Positions 63,781 to 64,000 of a stretch of DNA of 64,000 nucleotides are shown here, one piece after another. Source of the DNA: Phycisphaerae bacterium (GTDB lineage Bacteria > Planctomycetota > Phycisphaerae > UBA1845 > Fen-1342); NCBI GenBank assembly GCA_963666925.2, contig CAXXTC010000007.1, forward strand, positions 352,001 to 416,000, read 5' to 3'. The notes beneath the pieces are model-generated. The model was not told the origin of the DNA. It made no database searches and saw only the letters and a list, made by a program, of their open reading frames with translations. How positions within the stretch are numbered: position 1 is the first letter of the stretch; each line of letters starts with the position of its first letter. The position numbers were made by a program, and so were the translations under genes.

Positions 63781-64000
63781 GAAGCGGTTTTCCGATTCAC
63801 CGGTTGAGAGTCGGTGCCACAAGCCTCGTGAAGTTCCCTGTAGTGAATTCTAACGCCCCATTATTCCCGGATCATGGCCGGCGCTTCTGAAAAACCTGTC
63901 CCAACGCTCCGCGGGACGCGAGTGACCAGCGTCGCCACCACGGCTCATGCGCTGCCGTTGGCAACTCGCTCCGCAACCGTCTGATAAAGTTGTCGACCAG

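Overview
GC-rich bacterial chromosomal window. The gene set (FGE-domain PEP-CTERM protein, DUF2617-like protein, long FlgL, many palindromic intergenic repeats) suggests a planctomycete; this is inference only. Housekeeping genes: rpsA, ispF, cls, accA, purL, rnpB, prkA plus DUF444, and a B12 acyl-CoA mutase with IcmA-type residues. A flagellar operon (flgF-G-A-H-I-J-N-K-L, fliW, csrA, two flagellins) occupies about 29.4-43.4 kb. The most striking element is a complete IS110-family (IS1111-type) element at 14044-15422. It is inserted at a CA core inside a genomic palindromic repeat, and its downstream non-coding region contains short matches to both halves of that target and to the donor junction, i.e. 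a readable bridge/seek RNA. Also notable: a REP-derived in-frame insertion in purL, a half-length UvrA, two ABC-ATPase plus TOPRIM-like defence-type pairs (one MAD3/MAD4-like), a hydrolase-GH3-cardiolipin synthase cluster, at least four repeat families, and two genes broken by single-base insertions. All calls come from reading the sequence and recalled motifs; no searches were run.
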